DNA of 64,000 bases, taken from assembly GCF_001194135.2 (NCBI RefSeq), contig NC_068992.1, positions 57,658,097-57,722,096 of the forward strand, in the 5' to 3' direction. The translations under genes were made by a program, and so were the position numbers. Below, piece after piece: positions 1 through 13,624 of the stretch. The notes beneath the pieces are model-generated. The model had not been told where the DNA came from, made no database searches, and saw only the letters and a list, made by a program, of their open reading frames with translations. Within the stretch, counting starts at the first letter, position 1; each line of letters opens with the position of its first letter. The stretch comes from Octopus bimaculoides. Its lineage: Eukaryota.

Positions 1-202
1 TGGAGAGAAGTAGAAAAGACAGCCCATAATCAAGAACGATGAAGAAAATTTGTTGATGGTCTAAGTTCTACAAACAAGGCTTAGGTAAGTAATTTATTCT
101 AATTACAGGAATTTACTAAATAAATAAATAAAGAAGACAATACAATTCATTTTTTCTGTTTGAAGGAATTTGTTGATGCATGAACTTCTGTTGTGTTCTT
201 AC

Positions 203-337
203 CTGTTCCAACTTGAAGATGTGTTGGTTGAAATAATACTGGAGGTGTTCGTTTGCATAATTAATACAAAACTGCTCAAAGCTATTTTTATGGAAGTCTT
301 CAAAACCAAATATATCCAGAACTCCAATAGAATTTCC
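203..337 (-). CDS. Myo9: Myosin-IX-like exon (switch II/relay): [45 protein letters not shown]; 135 nt, phase 0 to 0
   Basis: DIFGFE switch II motif; ctttcttag acceptor, CAG|gtaaga donor; absent from ORF track. Confidence 0.96.
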
Positions 338-1845
338 CTAAGAAAGTAATTACAGTTATTAGAAATTTTATGATTTTCGAAAAAAAAAAAAGAAAAATAA
401 GATATAGAAAAACAGGAACAAATACAATATTCACCAGGAAATGTATCAGAGGAAAAAGGAAAAATATAGTTTAATAAGCATGTAATAAAATTACATACAG
501 TGTTGGTTCCTGAAACGGGTTATTGAGTGCTTTTATAGTCATGTGGTTAAAAAGGTCACTTTGCAGTCCTGTAGCTCCTCGGTTCAATCCTGCTGCAAAG
601 TGTTTTCTTTTCTGGGGTTTTTTTTTTTTATAAATGTGTTTCCAATTGATCCAAGACTTGCCAGTGAAATCAGGGTAGACAGAAACTGTGTTGGACAGGG
701 ATATATTTGTTGTTGGGTGGGGGTTTAATACTACTGTCATTACCGCAATCAGGGCCTTGGGTAGCAGTTTCACACCACCCCAACTAACACTACAACTGGG
801 CTCCTGGGGAAGTGGTTTACCACCACCACAATCAGGCTCTTGGGTAGCAATTGCACACCACCATCACCCATTCCTTTTAACTCTTAGATTCCTTAAGCCC
901 TTTTAACATTTAAACCATCTATATCTGGCCCAAATATTCTACATTATTTCCTATTCAAACAGACCCGAACCAGTCTCTCACACATACCCAACAATGTCAT
1001 TCTAAAATTAAACAATCACATCATGTTGTCAAATACACCCAAGCCAGTGGCATGTGTTATGACATAGGTATACACAACTAGTGTAAAATGGTATTACACA
1101 AATAAATGGTTGTGGTTATCTAAAATTGACCTATTGCAGAAATGTATGTTAACACAGAATGCACTCCATACAACTTGAGCATAGGTACGATACTTGATAT
1201 TCGCTGTTCAACTACCAACTGTAAAACCAACACATGTCAAAGTAACATGGTAAACCAATGTGGTCAAGCTAACACCATCAATTACCCCCTGACAGTTCAC
1301 TCAGTTCTTATTTATTGTAATTGGTTAGTCCACCTTCAGATACGTGGGGGTGTTCAGGATTCTCCCATAACAGCATGCAAAAAGCACCCAGCACACTCTG
1401 TTAAGTGGTTGGTGTTAGGAAGGGCATCCAGACATAGAAACCATTTCACAACAGACAGTTGGAGCCTGGACAGCTCTTGCTAGCTAGCTCCATGTCAAAC
1501 CATCCAACCCATGCCAGCATGGAAAGAGGACACTAAAAAGTGATGACGATGATGATGATCATCATCAGAATCTCAAAAATATGAGATAATGCATGACTAA
1601 TTCAAAATAATGTGAACAAATTAGTATTACATGCAACAGAGTAATCTAAATAATCTAAGTCTTAAAGGGCTAAGGGGCCCACTCTGCCATGAACATTCAC
1701 ACTAAGTCTCTAGTCTAAGGTGAACTAAGATATTACTCCATTTCTATTACCAGTCTTGGAGATTCTACAACCAGCAGGGTGGGCATCCTTTCTTCTTTTA
1801 TAAAAATGTTATGAGAAAAATTAAGATAACAGGTGGGGAAGGTGT

Positions 1846-2073
1846 TTAACCCTTTTGTTACTGTATTTATTTTGAGATGCTCTGTTTCTTTCAATTAATT
1901 TTAAATATAACAAAGTATTTAGTAAAATAACTTAGTCATCATTCAGCTAGTGTTAGGAACATAAATAGTGACTAAGGTTTGGTAGAAGATTTTAATTCAA
2001 AACTTCTGAAAACAAGACATTTGTACTACAGAGCCAGAGGCGGTTTCAGCCGGGTTGGTATCGAAAGGGTTAA
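1846..2073. mobile_element. TTAA-flanked MITE (piggyBac-like non-autonomous element)
   Basis: ttaa|ccctttt ... cgaaaggg|ttaa termini (TTAA at 1846-1849 and 2070-2073); no ORF. Confidence 0.75.
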
Positions 2074-3298
2074 ATGGTTCTAGTATGTACTGAAGAATGA
2101 CACTGTACAGTATTATACTACGTAGTGTACTGTTCTACAGTATATACAATGTGTGTGTGTGTGTGTGTACATATACACATGCATGCACATGCACACACAC
2201 ACAAATGAGTTCCTTTGCTGTTTCAAGTAAGAAAACACAAGCAACTCACACCTTGAGTTTTAGTTTAACTTCAGGTAAACTTCAGGTCAACTTGGATCAT
2301 TTTAACAAGTACCAGTTAACCTTTTCCAATTCCAGTTCACCTACCAAAACCCATTCTAAATTCAACATAATCTTGGATTGAATTCTCATTATTTCATGAA
2401 GAATAATTAATAAAATTAGATTTCAACTTGTAGAAAACAAAAGTAAGGTTATTTCACTAAACCTCACATAATCCTCGAACACTTCTGAAAATTTAAACAG
2501 AAAATGCAGAACGTATTTTTGTAATAAACATGACAACAAAAATGGTTAAACACAACTGGAATATCAGAAAAAAAAACACATTAAAATTAACCAGTAATCT
2601 TCCCTTACTCTTACTCTCTCTCTTTCTCTGTGAAAGCAAGGGAGAGAAAGGATCTGCAAGAGAATCCAGGGATTATTAAACACACTTCATTTCTGAAATA
2701 TAATAATTTTCAAAACAAAAGAAAAAAAAGAAAGAAAGGAAGAAAGAGAAAAAGTAGAAAAGAAAATGGTAAATCCAAAATTAAATGCTAATTTCTATTT
2801 AACGACTAAATAAAAACAAACAAAATTGTTGTTGTTGTTGTTGTATAATACAATATCACAGTAGAGATGTGAAGAGAATATGAGTAGAACTGACTTAGCA
2901 ATGGGGGAGGGTGTATAAACCGAGAGGAAGAGATAGAATTTAAACTAGCAATAATTCTTAAGAAAGGAAAAATTTACTAAGCTTCTATTGGTGTGTGTGT
3001 GTGTGTGTGTGTGTGTTTTGCATTTCTAATACCTTGGTTGTATATATTATCTAAAGATCGATAAAAATTCTAAAATGGGAAAAGGGTAAAAAATCAAAGA
3101 GGCAGAACAAATTGAATTAAGATTTAGGGAGAAGTGACCCAGTTTTTGGATTTTTTTTTTTTTAACCCCTAGGTTGCTGTAAGTGGTTACAAGATTCTGA
3201 GCCAACAATTAAGTGGTTGCTAACGAGTGGTTTTTAATCTGATGAACTGATTGCTAAGAGGCACAATCTTAATCTAAATTATAAAAACAACCATAGAT

Positions 3299-3400
<102 letters not shown>

Positions 3401-3480
3401 GATGATCCTTTTGTAGTATCTGGCAAGTAAATTTTGACTCAAGATGTTCTCAAAACTCCCTGCTATTGTTGACATAGATT

Positions 3481-3644
3481 CCTACTGCTTGTGTAAATAT
3501 ATTTATATATACACATTACCTGTGTAGATATATTTATACACACTTCATGCATAGCTATAATTATACACATTTCAGTTTATGTTGATATATTTGTATACAC
3601 TGCTTGTGTAGATATAATAATATACACCCAATGTCTGTGTTGAT

Positions 3645-3682
<38 letters not shown>

Positions 3683-3965
3683 GCACTTGTGTAGATATAT
3701 GTCATATATGTAACTTGTGCAGCTATAATCATACACACCACAAGTATGGATATATTTATACACACCGCTTGCGTAGCCATAGTTATATACACCTGCTACT
3801 TGTGTTGATATAGTTACAAACAACACTTATGTACATACATTCATAAATATAATTCGTGCGGATATATTCATATTAGTGTAGATATAACTATACACACTCA
3901 CTGCATGTGTGGATATATTTATATATCCACATATTTATATGCTTGCATAGATAAATTTATACACA
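3481..3965. repeat. Degenerate ~27-30-bp minisatellite (gcttgtgtagatatatttatacacact-like)
   Basis: Recurrent tgtgtagatata..tatacac units. Confidence 0.7.
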
Positions 3966-4749
3966 CTTAAAAACAATAGATATAAGTTTGATATTTTAAG
4001 ATGGATATTTTTTAATAAGTGAATCAAAAGAGAAAAGGCCACTATCCATAGCTTATGCAAGATGAATGTTTGCAACAAAGTGAACCTTAAGAAAGGTACA
4101 TAAGGACCAATTCTGTTTTGGTTGATTTTGAAATATACACACACACACACACACACTTCTAAAGCATTAAGTTTTCTAATCACAACTGGAGAATTGGTAT
4201 TTATTTTTAGTCTACAATCTTATGAGTAACCCAGCAATCAGAGTGTATATAACTAAATGAGGCTAATTAACAAGTATAAAGCTGACAGTTTATCAGTGTT
4301 TAATTACTTTCCTATCACTGCTCAAATCTTTTAATCCTATTTTAAACTCTGGCTCTTAGCGTTCAAAATACAAAGAAGATATGACATTTTCCGGAATATA
4401 ATTAGTGAAAACAACATTCACATCCTTAAGTGAAAGTCAGAAAGCAACTACAGAATAGCACCAGTCGAGGGAGGGGGTTCTTTGTAGTCACTCAACCTGC
4501 TTGAAATAACAGTCAAACTCCATACAATCACATTCTACTGTCTTAAAATAAAGAAGGACATCATGGTTGGAACACCTTAGGTCATAGGTCTGCCCAGTTC
4601 TGGTTCAATTTGTGGTAGGTATAAGGCCAGCAATTTTAAGGGGTAGGGGGTTAGTTGGTTGAATTGACCATAGTATTTGCCTGGTACTTTATAATTGCTA
4701 TCATTAATTAGGCTCAGTCCTTGTTGCAATGCGATGGCTTGAATGTCTT

Positions 4750-5160
4750 AACGGCCCTGAGAGCTATGCCATTGGAGCACAAAGTCCTGGTAAGGCCTCC
4801 CATGGTGGACATGGTCAAAGGACAGAGGCCAAACTAAAATGGGCCACCACTTCCCAAAACTAAAAATGGGTTTGCATAGGGCCTAGACCCCCAACCTAGA
4901 AAAATGCAAAGTTGCAGAAGCATTGATGGTAATTCAAAACCAATATGACCCGGGAGATGAAGACTTTCTTCTACAGAAGACAACCCAGAGTCAAGAACAG
5001 CAGAGAAAAGTTTTTGTAGGCCTATGATCCATAGAATGAAATGAAGGCCTAAGCTCTATAGAAATAGCTGAAGGCCCAAGCTCCATGGAAACGACTGAAG
5101 GCCTAAACTCCAAAGAAAGGAGTGAAGGGCTTGACTCTAGAACAGTGTTTCTGAACCATT
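4750..5160 (+). mobile_element. Short bipartite RTE-derived element (5' UTR joined to 3' end) with tandemly repeated 3' terminus
   Basis: ggcctcccatggtggacatggtcaaaggacagaggcc 5' module then gaagacaacccagag...gtaggcctatgatcc 3' module; similar to 17655, 33100 and 58255 copies. Confidence 0.6.
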
Positions 5161-5166
5161 CCTTGC

Positions 5167-5432
5167 CTGTATTTATTTTGAGATGCTCTGTTTCTTTCAA
5201 TTAATTTTAAATATAACAAAGTATTTAGTAAAATAACTTAGTCATCATTCAGCTAGTGTTAGGAACATAAATAGTGACTAAGGTTTGGTAGAAGATTTTA
5301 ATTCAAAACTTGTGAAAACAAGACATTTGTACTACAGAGCCAGAGGCGGTTTCAGCCGGGTTGGTATCGAAAGGGTTAAATGGTTCTAGTATGTACTGAA
5401 GAATGACACTGTACAGTATTATACTACGTAGT
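5167..5432 (+). repeat. 266-bp direct duplicate of 1861-2126
   Basis: Side-by-side reading shows one mismatch; includes 53 nt of flank beyond the MITE's right TTAA. Confidence 0.9.
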
Positions 5433-5473
5433 ATACTGTAGAACAGATTTCCAAAGCTTCTACAAAGCATATA

Positions 5474-5521
<48 letters not shown>

Positions 5522-6065
5522 CACCAACGAAAGGTTTTCAAAGCTTCTACAAAGCATCAAATGTTAAACTGAGAGAATCAAAGATGAGGAACAAAGAGGA
5601 AAATAAACAAAAAAATGAAGAAGCAAACAAACAAATAAATGGAAAACAAAAGAACAATGCAATGCCATTCATTAGCCAACGCTGAAAATGCTTTGATAAT
5701 ATGTTTGAACAACGGTAAACGGTAAATGTGTTTTATGCTTCGAGTTATTACTGAATACATAAGGAATTCAACATTTAACATTATGAATTTAACATTAACC
5801 ATAATAATATTCTTACGAGGGTTTTTTTTTTAATATTTTTTGCTTTATTTTACAAATATTTTGTTTTTTTTGTTTCAACTTCAATAACAAGAAGGAAAAA
5901 AATAAATAAACAACAACAAATCATTGATTACTATTAATGAGATTTGAACAAAATAATTTACCAAACTCAAAACTACAACAAAACAAATAAGAATAACAGA
6001 GATAACGTCACTGTATATGGATACGTGTGTGTGTGTACATGTATATATAAATGTGTATATATATA

Positions 6066-6097
<32 letters not shown>

Positions 6098-6417
6098 CAT
6101 ATATATATGAACATATATATACATATTTGTATGTATATGTGTGTGTATATATATATATATATATATTATATACATACACACACATGCACACATACATATT
6201 AATGTGTCCCTGTGTTTCCATATATACATGTATGTATATGTTTACATACGCACACAACAGCAAAGACACAAAACAAGAGATACAACCAGGAAAGAACAAC
6301 AACAACAAGGAAATAAAAAAAAAATGTCAGAAAAAAAAAACCCAAAAAAAACCCCACTCTAGATGATATTTCTGAGCAGGAAAATGTTTGAAATTTCTAC
6401 TTTTACTTCGTTATAGC

Positions 6418-6474
<57 letters not shown>

Positions 6475-7633
6475 CGGAATTTACACAAGAATTAAATACC
6501 ATAAAATATAAAAGACCCTTTGTTATTACAGCAAAGAGAAGAGAAAAGAGATCATTGTTAAAGTTTTTTAAAAATCTATAATCTAGAAATTGATGCAATG
6601 TGACTTAAGTGAAGAGCAGTGGTTGTGGGTGTTGGTGGTGGTGGTAATAGGGCTGGGAGGAAAGAACGGAGGATGGGGTAGGCAAGAGGTGAAATTTTGG
6701 CAATAATGCAACCACCAATCAGTGAATGAAATATCCAGTGAAAGCAGAGCTCTACAGTTTGCTATGTTTTGTTTTGCTTTTATTATTATTATTATTATTG
6801 TTTTTTTTTTTCTTGCTGGTGAATAAAAGAAAAAAAATCAAGCTATATGTGCATGTACACACACACACATTCATTCATTCATACATTCATTCATTCATAC
6901 TGGTAAGTGCCAACACACGAAACTATCAGTCCATGAGTCACTCTGTAAGTTCTGCCAAGTTAATAAAGCAAATACACATTCATATTTTGAATTCTATCTC
7001 CCTGTTTGCATCACCAAACACACACACACACACACACATTGATGATGTGTATATATGAAGATATATTTGAGTTTTTTTACACATATAAACATACATGAGG
7101 ATGTGCGTATGTGAGTCTATAAACACGTGTGTGCGAGTATGTGCACTATATAATCATATAAAGTTTTGTGTGTGTGTGTGTGTGTGTATGTATATATATA
7201 TGTGTGTGTGTGTGTGTATGTATATATGTAAGTATGTATATATGTAAGTATGTATCTATGTATGTATGTATGTATGTATGTATGTATCTCCACACACACA
7301 CACACACACACAGAAAGCAATTATGAAAATTGTGAAAAATCAATTAGCAGCAAAATATTGACTACTATTTCCATTTAATTGAATGTAACAAACACACAAA
7401 TATATATACATACATACATACATATATATGTATACATACATATAAATGATTTGAATAACACCTGCGTTAGACTCCATTTCTTAACTTATACATACACACA
7501 CACACAAATACACATGTAAGCACACACATACCTATATGCAAGATATAAATAGGATTATAAAGAATGTAAAAGAAAAGCTGAAATCTATGAAAATACTTAA
7601 TCCCTGCAGACACATAAATATCTATCTATCTAC

Positions 7634-7712
<79 letters not shown>

Positions 7713-9064
7713 NNNNNNNNNNNNNNNNNNNNNNNNNNNNNNNNNNNNNNNNNNNNNNNNNNNNNNNNNNNNNNNNNNNNNNNNNNNNNNNNNNNNNNNN
7801 NNNNNNNNNNNNNNNNNNNNNNNNNNNNNNNNNNNNNNNNNNNNNNNNNNNNNNNNNNNNNNNNNNNNNNNNNNNNNNNNNNNNNNNNNNNNNNNNNNNN
7901 NNNNNNNNNNNNNNNNNNAAAAAAAAAAAAATTGGTGGTGTCGATCAAAAGGGATCGTAGGAAGGGAAAAAGGGGCAGTTCGATCAAAAGGGTTCGAAAA
8001 AAAAAGAAAAGGAAAGGCCGATCAATAGGGATCGTGTATCACACAGTAATGTTCTCGTAGATAGATAGATAGATAAACCAGTCTGTGATGCGAAGAAGAA
8101 TGAGGACCACTGGGTTTAATTCCTGGAACAGGTGAAGCATTGCATCTGTGAGCAAAGCATTTAATCAAATGCTGCTCTAGCCAACTCACCTGGAAAGGAA
8201 AACATACTTAATGCTGGTGTGCAGCCCTCCCACACTCCAGCTTTCAAAGCCTTGATGTTCTACAGAGTTGGGAGTGAGGGCAGGGAAGCTGAGAGAAAAG
8301 GGGAGCCTGTCCCTGCTCATGACACAGACATCCTTTCATGACTTCGCACTCTTGGGACACACCTAAAACAATTAGTAAGAAAACATGATACATGCCACCA
8401 AATCACACTCACTTGTGAATGACAGCTGTACAGTTTCTTTTGCACTTTTTTTTTATTTAAATAGAATGGAAGGCAGTACCCAGTGCCTCTAATGACCTTT
8501 CAAATTTAGGGTGGGGAGAGAAAAGAAAGGAAAAAAAAAACAATGCAAGGTTCATTGCTGTAGGAAGCAGCATAACAAAAGATATTGATTTATTCAAGCG
8601 AGAAATGTGATCTTCATGGTCACAACAGGGTGGATTCCACTAAAGGTAACCGATGTACCAAATGACATTATTAAATTGAACTTGCACAGATTAAATTAAA
8701 TCTGGAGCAATACAGCTGTCTTATTAGCTGCCCACACATACCGCCATGCTTAGTCCATCCCTGCCCTGAATGCCAGCCTTCCGGAATCTCTTTCCTGCAG
8801 GAGTCAGCTTGCGACAGTCTAAATAGAACATTAAATGACATCAATATCACCGGTCTCGGAGAGATTGTGAAGAACATAAGGATAGCCCCCACCTCTGAAG
8901 ACAGCAAGTAAAAAAGAACAACAATAATAGTTTTTTTCTACTATAGGCACAAAGTCTTAATTTTGATGGGTAGGGGTTGGCTGATAAGATGAAAGGCAAA
9001 GTCGACCCTAGCAGAATTTGAACTCAGAATGTCAAGACAGACAAAATACTTCTAAGAATAATAA

Positions 9065-9282
9065 TAATAATCTTTTCTAGTGTAGGCACAAGGTCTGAAA
9101 TTTGGGTGAGAAATAGTCAATTACATCGACCCCAGTGCTTGATTGGTACTTAATTTATCAATCCCAAACGGATGAAAGGCAAAGTCAACCTCGGCAGAAT
9201 TTGAACTCAGAACGTAGTGGCAGACGATATACTGCAAAGCATTTCGTCCAGCGTGTTAAAGATTCTGCCAGCTCGCCACCTT
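9065..9282 (-). mobile_element. SINE with CTTTCATCC..GGGGTCGATAAATTAAGTACCAG core and (ATT/ACT)n tail
   Basis: ggcacaagg..gaaattt..catcgaccccagtg..ggtacttaatttatc..ggatgaaaggcaaagtcaacctcggcagaatttgaactcagaac; further copies at ~39720, 52018, 52545, 53905, 58905 and 59843. Confidence 0.75.
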
Positions 9283-9290
9283 AATTATGA

Positions 9291-9331
<41 letters not shown>

Positions 9332-10152
9332 NNNNNNNNNNNNNNNNNNNNNNNNNNNNNNNNNNNNNNNNNNNNNNNNNNNNNNNNNNNNNNNNNNNNN
9401 NNNNNNNNNNNNNNNNNNNNNNNNNNNNNNNNNNNNNNNNNNNNNNNNNNNNNNNNNNNNNNNNNNNNNNNNNNNNNNNNNNNNNNNNNNNNNNNNNNNN
9501 NNNNNNNNNNNNNNNNNNNNNNNNNNNNNNNNNNNNNNNNNNNNNNNNNNNNNNNNNNNNNNNNNNNNNNNNNNNNNNNNNNNNNNNNNNNNNNNNNNNN
9601 NNNNNNNNNNNNNNNNNNNNNNNNNNNNNNNNNNNNNNNNNNNNNNNNNNNNNNNNNNNNNNNNNNNNNNNNNNNNNNNNNNNNNNNNNNNNNNNNNNNN
9701 NNNNNNNNNNNNNNNNNNNNNNNNNNNNNNNNNNNNNNNNNNNNNNNNNNNNNNNNNNNNNNNNNNNNNNNNNNNNNNNNNNNNNNNNNNNNNNNNNNNN
9801 NNNNNNNNNNNNNNNNNNNNNNNNNNNNNNNNNNNNNNNNNNNNNNNNNNNNNNNNNNNNNNNNNNNNNNNNNNNNNNNNNNNNNNNNNNNNNNNNNNNN
9901 NNNNNNNNNNNNNNNNNNNNNNNNNNNNNNNNNNNNNNNNNNNNNNNNNNNNNNNNNNNNNNNNNNNNNNNNNNNNNNNNNNNNNNNNNNNNNNNNNNNN
10001 NNNNNNNNNNNNNNNNNNNNNNNNNNNNNNNNNNNNNNNNNNNNNNNNNNNNNNNNNNNNNNNNNNNNNNNNNNNNNNNNNNNNNNNNNNNNNNNNNNNN
10101 NNNNNNNNNNNNNNNNNNNNNNNNNNNNNNNNNNNNNNNNNNNNNNNNNNNN

Positions 10153-10275
10153 AGGGAGGAAGAGAGAGAAAGGGAGGAAGAGAGAGAAAGGGAGGAAGAG
10201 AGAGAAAGGGAGGAAGAGAGAGAAAGGGAGGAAGAGAGAGAAAGGGAGGAAGAGAGAGAAAGGGAGGAAGAGAGA
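10153..10275. repeat. 18-bp purine minisatellite (agggaggaagagagagaa)n
   Basis: Direct reading; abuts the N gap at 9332-10152. Confidence 0.9.
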
Positions 10276-11840
10276 TAATGTGGGAGAGCAGTGTGTGTAT
10301 GGGAGTCTGAGTGAGAGAAAGGGATTGTGTGTGTGTGTGTGTGTGATAATGAGAGGAGAATGTTTGTGAGTGCTAGAGAGTGTGTGTAGGAGAGAAAGAG
10401 CATGTGTGCGTGTGTAAGAAAGTGTGTGTGTGAGAGAGAGAAGGAAAGAGAGAGTGTGTGTATGAATGAAAGATTGAATTAGTGTGTGTGTGTGTGTGTG
10501 TGTGAGTGTGTGTGAATGAAAGATTGTGTGTGTGTGTGTGTGTGTTTGCATGTAAGTCTTAAGTGTCTGCATGTGTGCGAGTGAAAGTGTGATTTTATGT
10601 ATGCATGACTGAGTGAGGTGAGATAGAAATGAAAGTGTGTGTGTGTGTGTGCACAAGTACACACATGAGTATGTTAAAGAGAGAGAGAGAGAGAGAGGTG
10701 CGTGGAGAGACAGATATGATGAGATAGGGGGAAGGAGAGTGGGGGGGGGGAAGTGTATATCCTAATATCACCACAGATACAAAGAAAGAAGATAGTCGTA
10801 ATGATATCAGGTGTATTTATTTTTAACATTGCACTTAATTCCACTCATATTTATTTATTTATTTATATGTTTAATTTACTTATTTATTTATTTACTTGTA
10901 GGATTTTGATTCAGCACATAATCAATTAATATATAACATCATCATTGTCGTCGTCGTTTAACGTCCGCTTTACATGCTAGCATGGGTTGGACGATTTGAC
11001 TGAGGACTGGTGAACCAGATGGCTACGCCAGGCTCCTATCTGATTTGGCAGAGTTTCTACAGCTGGATGCCCTTCCTAATGCCAACCACTCCAAGAGTGT
11101 AGTGGGTGCTTTTACGTGCCACCGGCACGAAGGCCAGTCAGGCGGTACTGGCAACGGCCATNNNNNNNNNNNNNNNNNNNNNNNNNNNNNNNNNNNNNNN
11201 NNNNNNNNNNNNNNNNNNNNNNNNNNNNNNNNNNNNNNNNNNNNNNNNNNNNNNNNNNNNNNNNATATATATATATATATATATAGGTAGGGGGATCTGA
11301 AAGGAGTCTCAGGGAGTAGCGACCTTGCTTTCCTGAGCTAGTTCTCCACCACATTTCTTAAAAATCGTGGTAGAGGCCTTGGCCTCAGGACCACTCATGT
11401 CTAGAAACTGAGGTTGGGGGTAAGCAAGGACATGCTCCCCATAGAAAATCCAGCTCCTAAAAGGCCCCATGATAGCAAAGAAGAATGGGCACCAGCCAGC
11501 CCAAAGGTTGGGGTGGTCTGCACCTGCCTGCCTCTGTTGCTATGGTATTGAGGTAGATCCAGCCACCCCCATTAACAGGGACAAAACCTGGATTTAAAAC
11601 ACTGGATGATATATATGTATATATATATATATAGACACACAGACAGATAGATATATTATATTTTCCCCCTCAGTTGTTTACTTCAGTTTCAACTAGTTTA
11701 ATCTCAACCTGCAAATAATTACTAATCATACATGTCGTTATTAATATTCTCATTAACAACTGCTAATCACTATTAATGTGGGAGAGAGGGAAAGTGAGAG
11801 GAGGGGAATAAGGCTTAACATCGATTACATATATATATAT

Positions 11841-12189
11841 TCTTTTGCTCTTTCACTTGTTATAGTCATTAGACTGTAGTCATGCTGGAGCACTGTGTTA
11901 CAGAATTTTAGTCAAATGGATCAACCCCGGTACTTATTTATGCTGAACTAAGTTACAACGGATGTAAATACACCAACACCGGTTGTCAAGCAGTGGTAGT
12001 AAAGACACAAAGACACACACACACACACACATATACAATGGGCTTCTTTCAGTTTCCTTCTACCAAATCTACTCAGTAGGCTTTGGTCAGCCTAAGGCTA
12101 TAATAGAAGACACCTGCCGAAGGTGCAACACAGTGGGACTGAACCCAGGACCATGTGGTTGGAAAGCAAACTTCTTACCACGTAGCCAC
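11841..12189 (-). mobile_element. tRNA-like SINE with an internal (CA/TA)n microsatellite
   Basis: Minus strand GTGGCTACGTGGTAAG..GGGTTCAGTCCCACTG..GAAACTGAAAGAAGCCC-(TA/TG)n-CTTGACAACCGGTGTTGG..CCAGCATG..; further copies at ~23232, 28657, 34027, 36990, 40340, 42540, 43852, 46003, 58622 and 60795. Confidence 0.8.
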
Positions 12190-12517
12190 AAATGTACAGG
12201 CATCATACTGGCAGACAGGCAGACAGACAGACAAAAGACGGAATGAGAGGAGTTTTTTTTAATTTTTATGTTGAAATTATTTGTAAGATATTCGTCCCTA
12301 AATATCAGAATCACAGAATAGCAGTCATGAAGACAAGCCTCTGTTTCAAATATTTCTCCAAAACACATGCCATAACCTCTCTGCCATAATAATAATAATG
12401 ATAATGGTTCCAATGTTAGGCACAGGGCAGGCAGTTTTTGTGGAGAAGGTAAGTCAATAACATTGACCCCCCCAGTGTTCAATTGGTACTTGTTGAGCAC
12501 TGATACCAGAGTAAATA

Positions 12518-12548
<31 letters not shown>

Positions 12549-12549
<1 letters not shown>

Positions 12550-13100
12550 AAATGCCCTGATGTAGTACCAGGTAGTGGCTCTCATGGCTTCTGATTTTAA
12601 CTGATTGGAAGTGTTATCATGTACATTGTTTTGTCTTTGATGGGCAACAGCAAATATCCTGCTCAATACCACAGATTTGCTTGTCAGTTGCTTGACCGTA
12701 ACCAGTTGAGCATGTCCCTTGGTGGCTGACGATATGTGCATCTCTGATCACGAGCAGAAGTAGTGGGGGAGCATCATAGCCATGTGTTGAGAGGAATTCT
12801 TTGGGGTTTGGATAATTCACCTTTGGAAACATGGGTGATTCGTTCAACATCCTTAAGCAACCCTTATTCAGGGACATTTTGAACGGAATGGACTACTCGA
12901 CCTGAAGAAAATTCTAACTGGGCCCCCACCTGCGAGGTCACGAGCTGTTTATCTTGATATGAGATCACCATCACATGCACATATGGTTATGATGCATGTT
13001 CCTGGTGTACCCTTATCAGACGGGTAGTCATGATGGGTATACTGGGCTTCGTATATTTTACCCCAGTGTCACTTTGATGGCATGCACTGCTCTCTCACTC
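12549..13100. mobile_element. Unclassified ~550-bp interspersed repeat, copy 1
   Basis: atgccctgatgtagtaccagg...catgcactgctctctcactc between (GAT)n and (AAT)n; second copy at 32181-32712. Confidence 0.8.
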
Positions 13101-13624
13101 AATAATAATAATAATAGTAATAATAATAAAGTATTACAGAAAAAAATAATAAAAGTGGATAAACAATGCAAGAGTATTTTTAATATCAAAAATGACTCCC
13201 AACACATCACACATTCTCAGATCAAACTAAGTGCAAACTAGAGAAATTATTAGAAAGTTATAAGGGGCGAACAAGAAGAAAGAAAAAAATTGAATTGTCA
13301 GGTAATTGGTTTAATAAGGGCAATTTTTGCTATTGTTAGAAGCTTGAAGCGAAACTTGAAAAATATTAATTTTTAATTAAGCCATTAATAAGCAATTGAT
13401 TAGAAAAAGAAAACCTTTAATCAAATCCATGCAATTAGCCCATGCTAGGAAATGAATGAGGATTCTAACTCATTTGATGAACGATTGAGAGAGAGAGAGA
13501 GAGAGAGTATGCACACTGGTGCATAGACACATGAGAAGGAAATATTCAATACAAGGCATACAGATATAAAGTTTAATCGAAACTGCACTTCCCTTATCAC
13601 AACTGAGATGTATATATAAAATAT

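Noticed and set aside
746-862. Two ~33-bp direct repeats giving a QSGSW/QLGSW peptide repeat in ORF 688..906
   Set aside because: Small local duplication in an intron; no evidence of coding
5881-7343. Many 60-140-aa ORFs rich in YI/HT/VC dipeptides (also 3577-3826, 18632-19134, 36817-37373, 47045-47431, 61810-62496)
   Set aside because: Translations of (TA)n, (CA)n and (TATG)n microsatellites with no coding signal
8671-8907. 78-aa minus-strand ORF with a complex composition
   Set aside because: Only vague resemblance to retroelement proteins, no splice-compatible frame with Myo9 and no recognisable motif; left unassigned
9217-10662. Long ORFs of 150-468 aa (also 13445-14529, 15571-16116, 35701-36177, 48287-48934, 52607-53208, 58956-59568, 62912-63965)
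   Set aside because: Open only because they run through N gaps and simple repeats
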